Assembly (NCBI GenBank): GCA_002189035.1
Contig: NEEC01000013.1
Coordinates: forward strand, 1,302,001-1,366,000
Source: Utricularia gibba
Taxonomy: Eukaryota; Plantae; Magnoliophyta
Length of the DNA stretch: 64,000 nucleotides
Direction: 5' to 3'
This document shows, in pieces, positions 63,070 to 64,000 of this stretch. The notes beneath the pieces are model-generated. The model worked only from the letters and a program-made list of their open reading frames with translations. It was not told where the DNA came from and did not search any database. Position 1 is the first letter of the stretch; every line of letters begins with the position of its first letter. The translations under genes and the position numbers were made by a program.

Positions 63070-64000
63070 ATAGCCATCTCAGGCCACCGGTCTCCGCCGC
63101 CCGGTTTCCCTCATCATCTGTTTGGGCCCGCTAAAAACCGCCGCCCGGATCTTTGGATTTCATGTTCTAAGGCAGTTGCAGCAGCCACAGGCTCTGTTAG
63201 GGAAAGCTGGTAACCTTCCAATTAAATATCATTTAAAAAAATGATCATTCAAATTTTATTTATTATATACTAACATCAAAATTTTACAATGATCATTTTT
63301 ATTACACACTAAAAACACGTCAATTTTATAATACACCCCAATTATGCCACGGCTCGGAGCAGCAGGTTATTTTAAGAGGTCACCAGCCTGAAGCTCGGTT
63401 GATGACGTCATAATTTTGCATGCTGATGCTATATTTATTCTTTTCGTAATTTTACTACACCAAAAAAAAAGGGAATAGAAGGGTAAAAACGTCCGTGCAG
63501 GAGTTGAACACACACCCCTCCGACTCAGTTAACCGGATGCTCCAACGTGCCTAAAGTCCACTCAGATTTGGTGTGGACCAGCAATCCACATGCCGCCTTT
63601 TTTACTGCGGTGACACGTCATTTCAAATGGAATTTACCTTTTGATTGCCCTATTTTAAAAAACCTATTAAATTCATTTTTTAAATTTGATCGTATATTTA
63701 GTTTGACCTATTCTATTTAATTATGTTACAAATATTTTAACAAATAAAAAATTATTATTTAATCAAATTAAATTCATTCTTAAATTTAGTAATGCCGCAT
63801 TGCACCCTCCACCAGAATTGTATTATTGATGCGTGCGGATCGGACACGCACCTGATGAAAGAAAAAAATAAGATAAATTCTAAAAATTCAATTACATAAT
63901 TATTAGAACAAACAATCTCACATTGAAAAATAAAATTGAAATAATCAAGTATATAAAAGATTATGAATAATTATTTCAATGATAACTATTTATATATGAA

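Overview
Nuclear genomic DNA of a flowering plant (eudicot-like genes, short spliceosomal introns of mostly about 70-100 nt). It is very gene-dense: about 23 loci in 64 kb, separated by AT-rich spacers with a few Tourist/PIF-type MITEs and microsatellites. Gene order: IQM calmodulin-binding protein(-), ALE2-like Pro-rich receptor kinase(+), TMEM258/OST5(+, not in the ORF track), GH3 beta-glucosidase(+), GFA/CENP-V-like(+), GH35 beta-galactosidase(-), uncharacterised tail-anchored repeat protein(+), ACHT thioredoxin(+), ABHD11-like hydrolase(-), uncharacterised plant protein(-), mitochondrial ATP synthase g(+), F-box/LRR pseudogene plus intact paralog(+), GPI-anchored LTP(+), IDD zinc finger(+), FLZ(-), DRIP/BMI1 RING ligase(-), PsbW(+), SEC13(-), PHT1(+), PHR1-like MYB-CC(-), an unrecognised secreted protein(-), RPL23(-). 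No prokaryotic-type systems, CRISPR arrays, rRNA or tRNA genes were seen. Best leads: (1) a SEC13 <- [5 x P1BS] -> PHT1 -><- PHR1-like arrangement that looks like a physically clustered phosphate-starvation module; (2) an orphan 174-aa Cys-free secreted protein with a 35-aa internal repeat; (3) a miR482-like hairpin downstream of IDD; (4) an F-box pseudogene whose F-box core was replaced by a copy of its own start region. Two otherwise intact genes each carry a 1-bp deletion in a G run, which is probably a sequencing or assembly artefact. All calls were made by eye without database searches; family names and Arabidopsis or miRNA comparisons are from recall.
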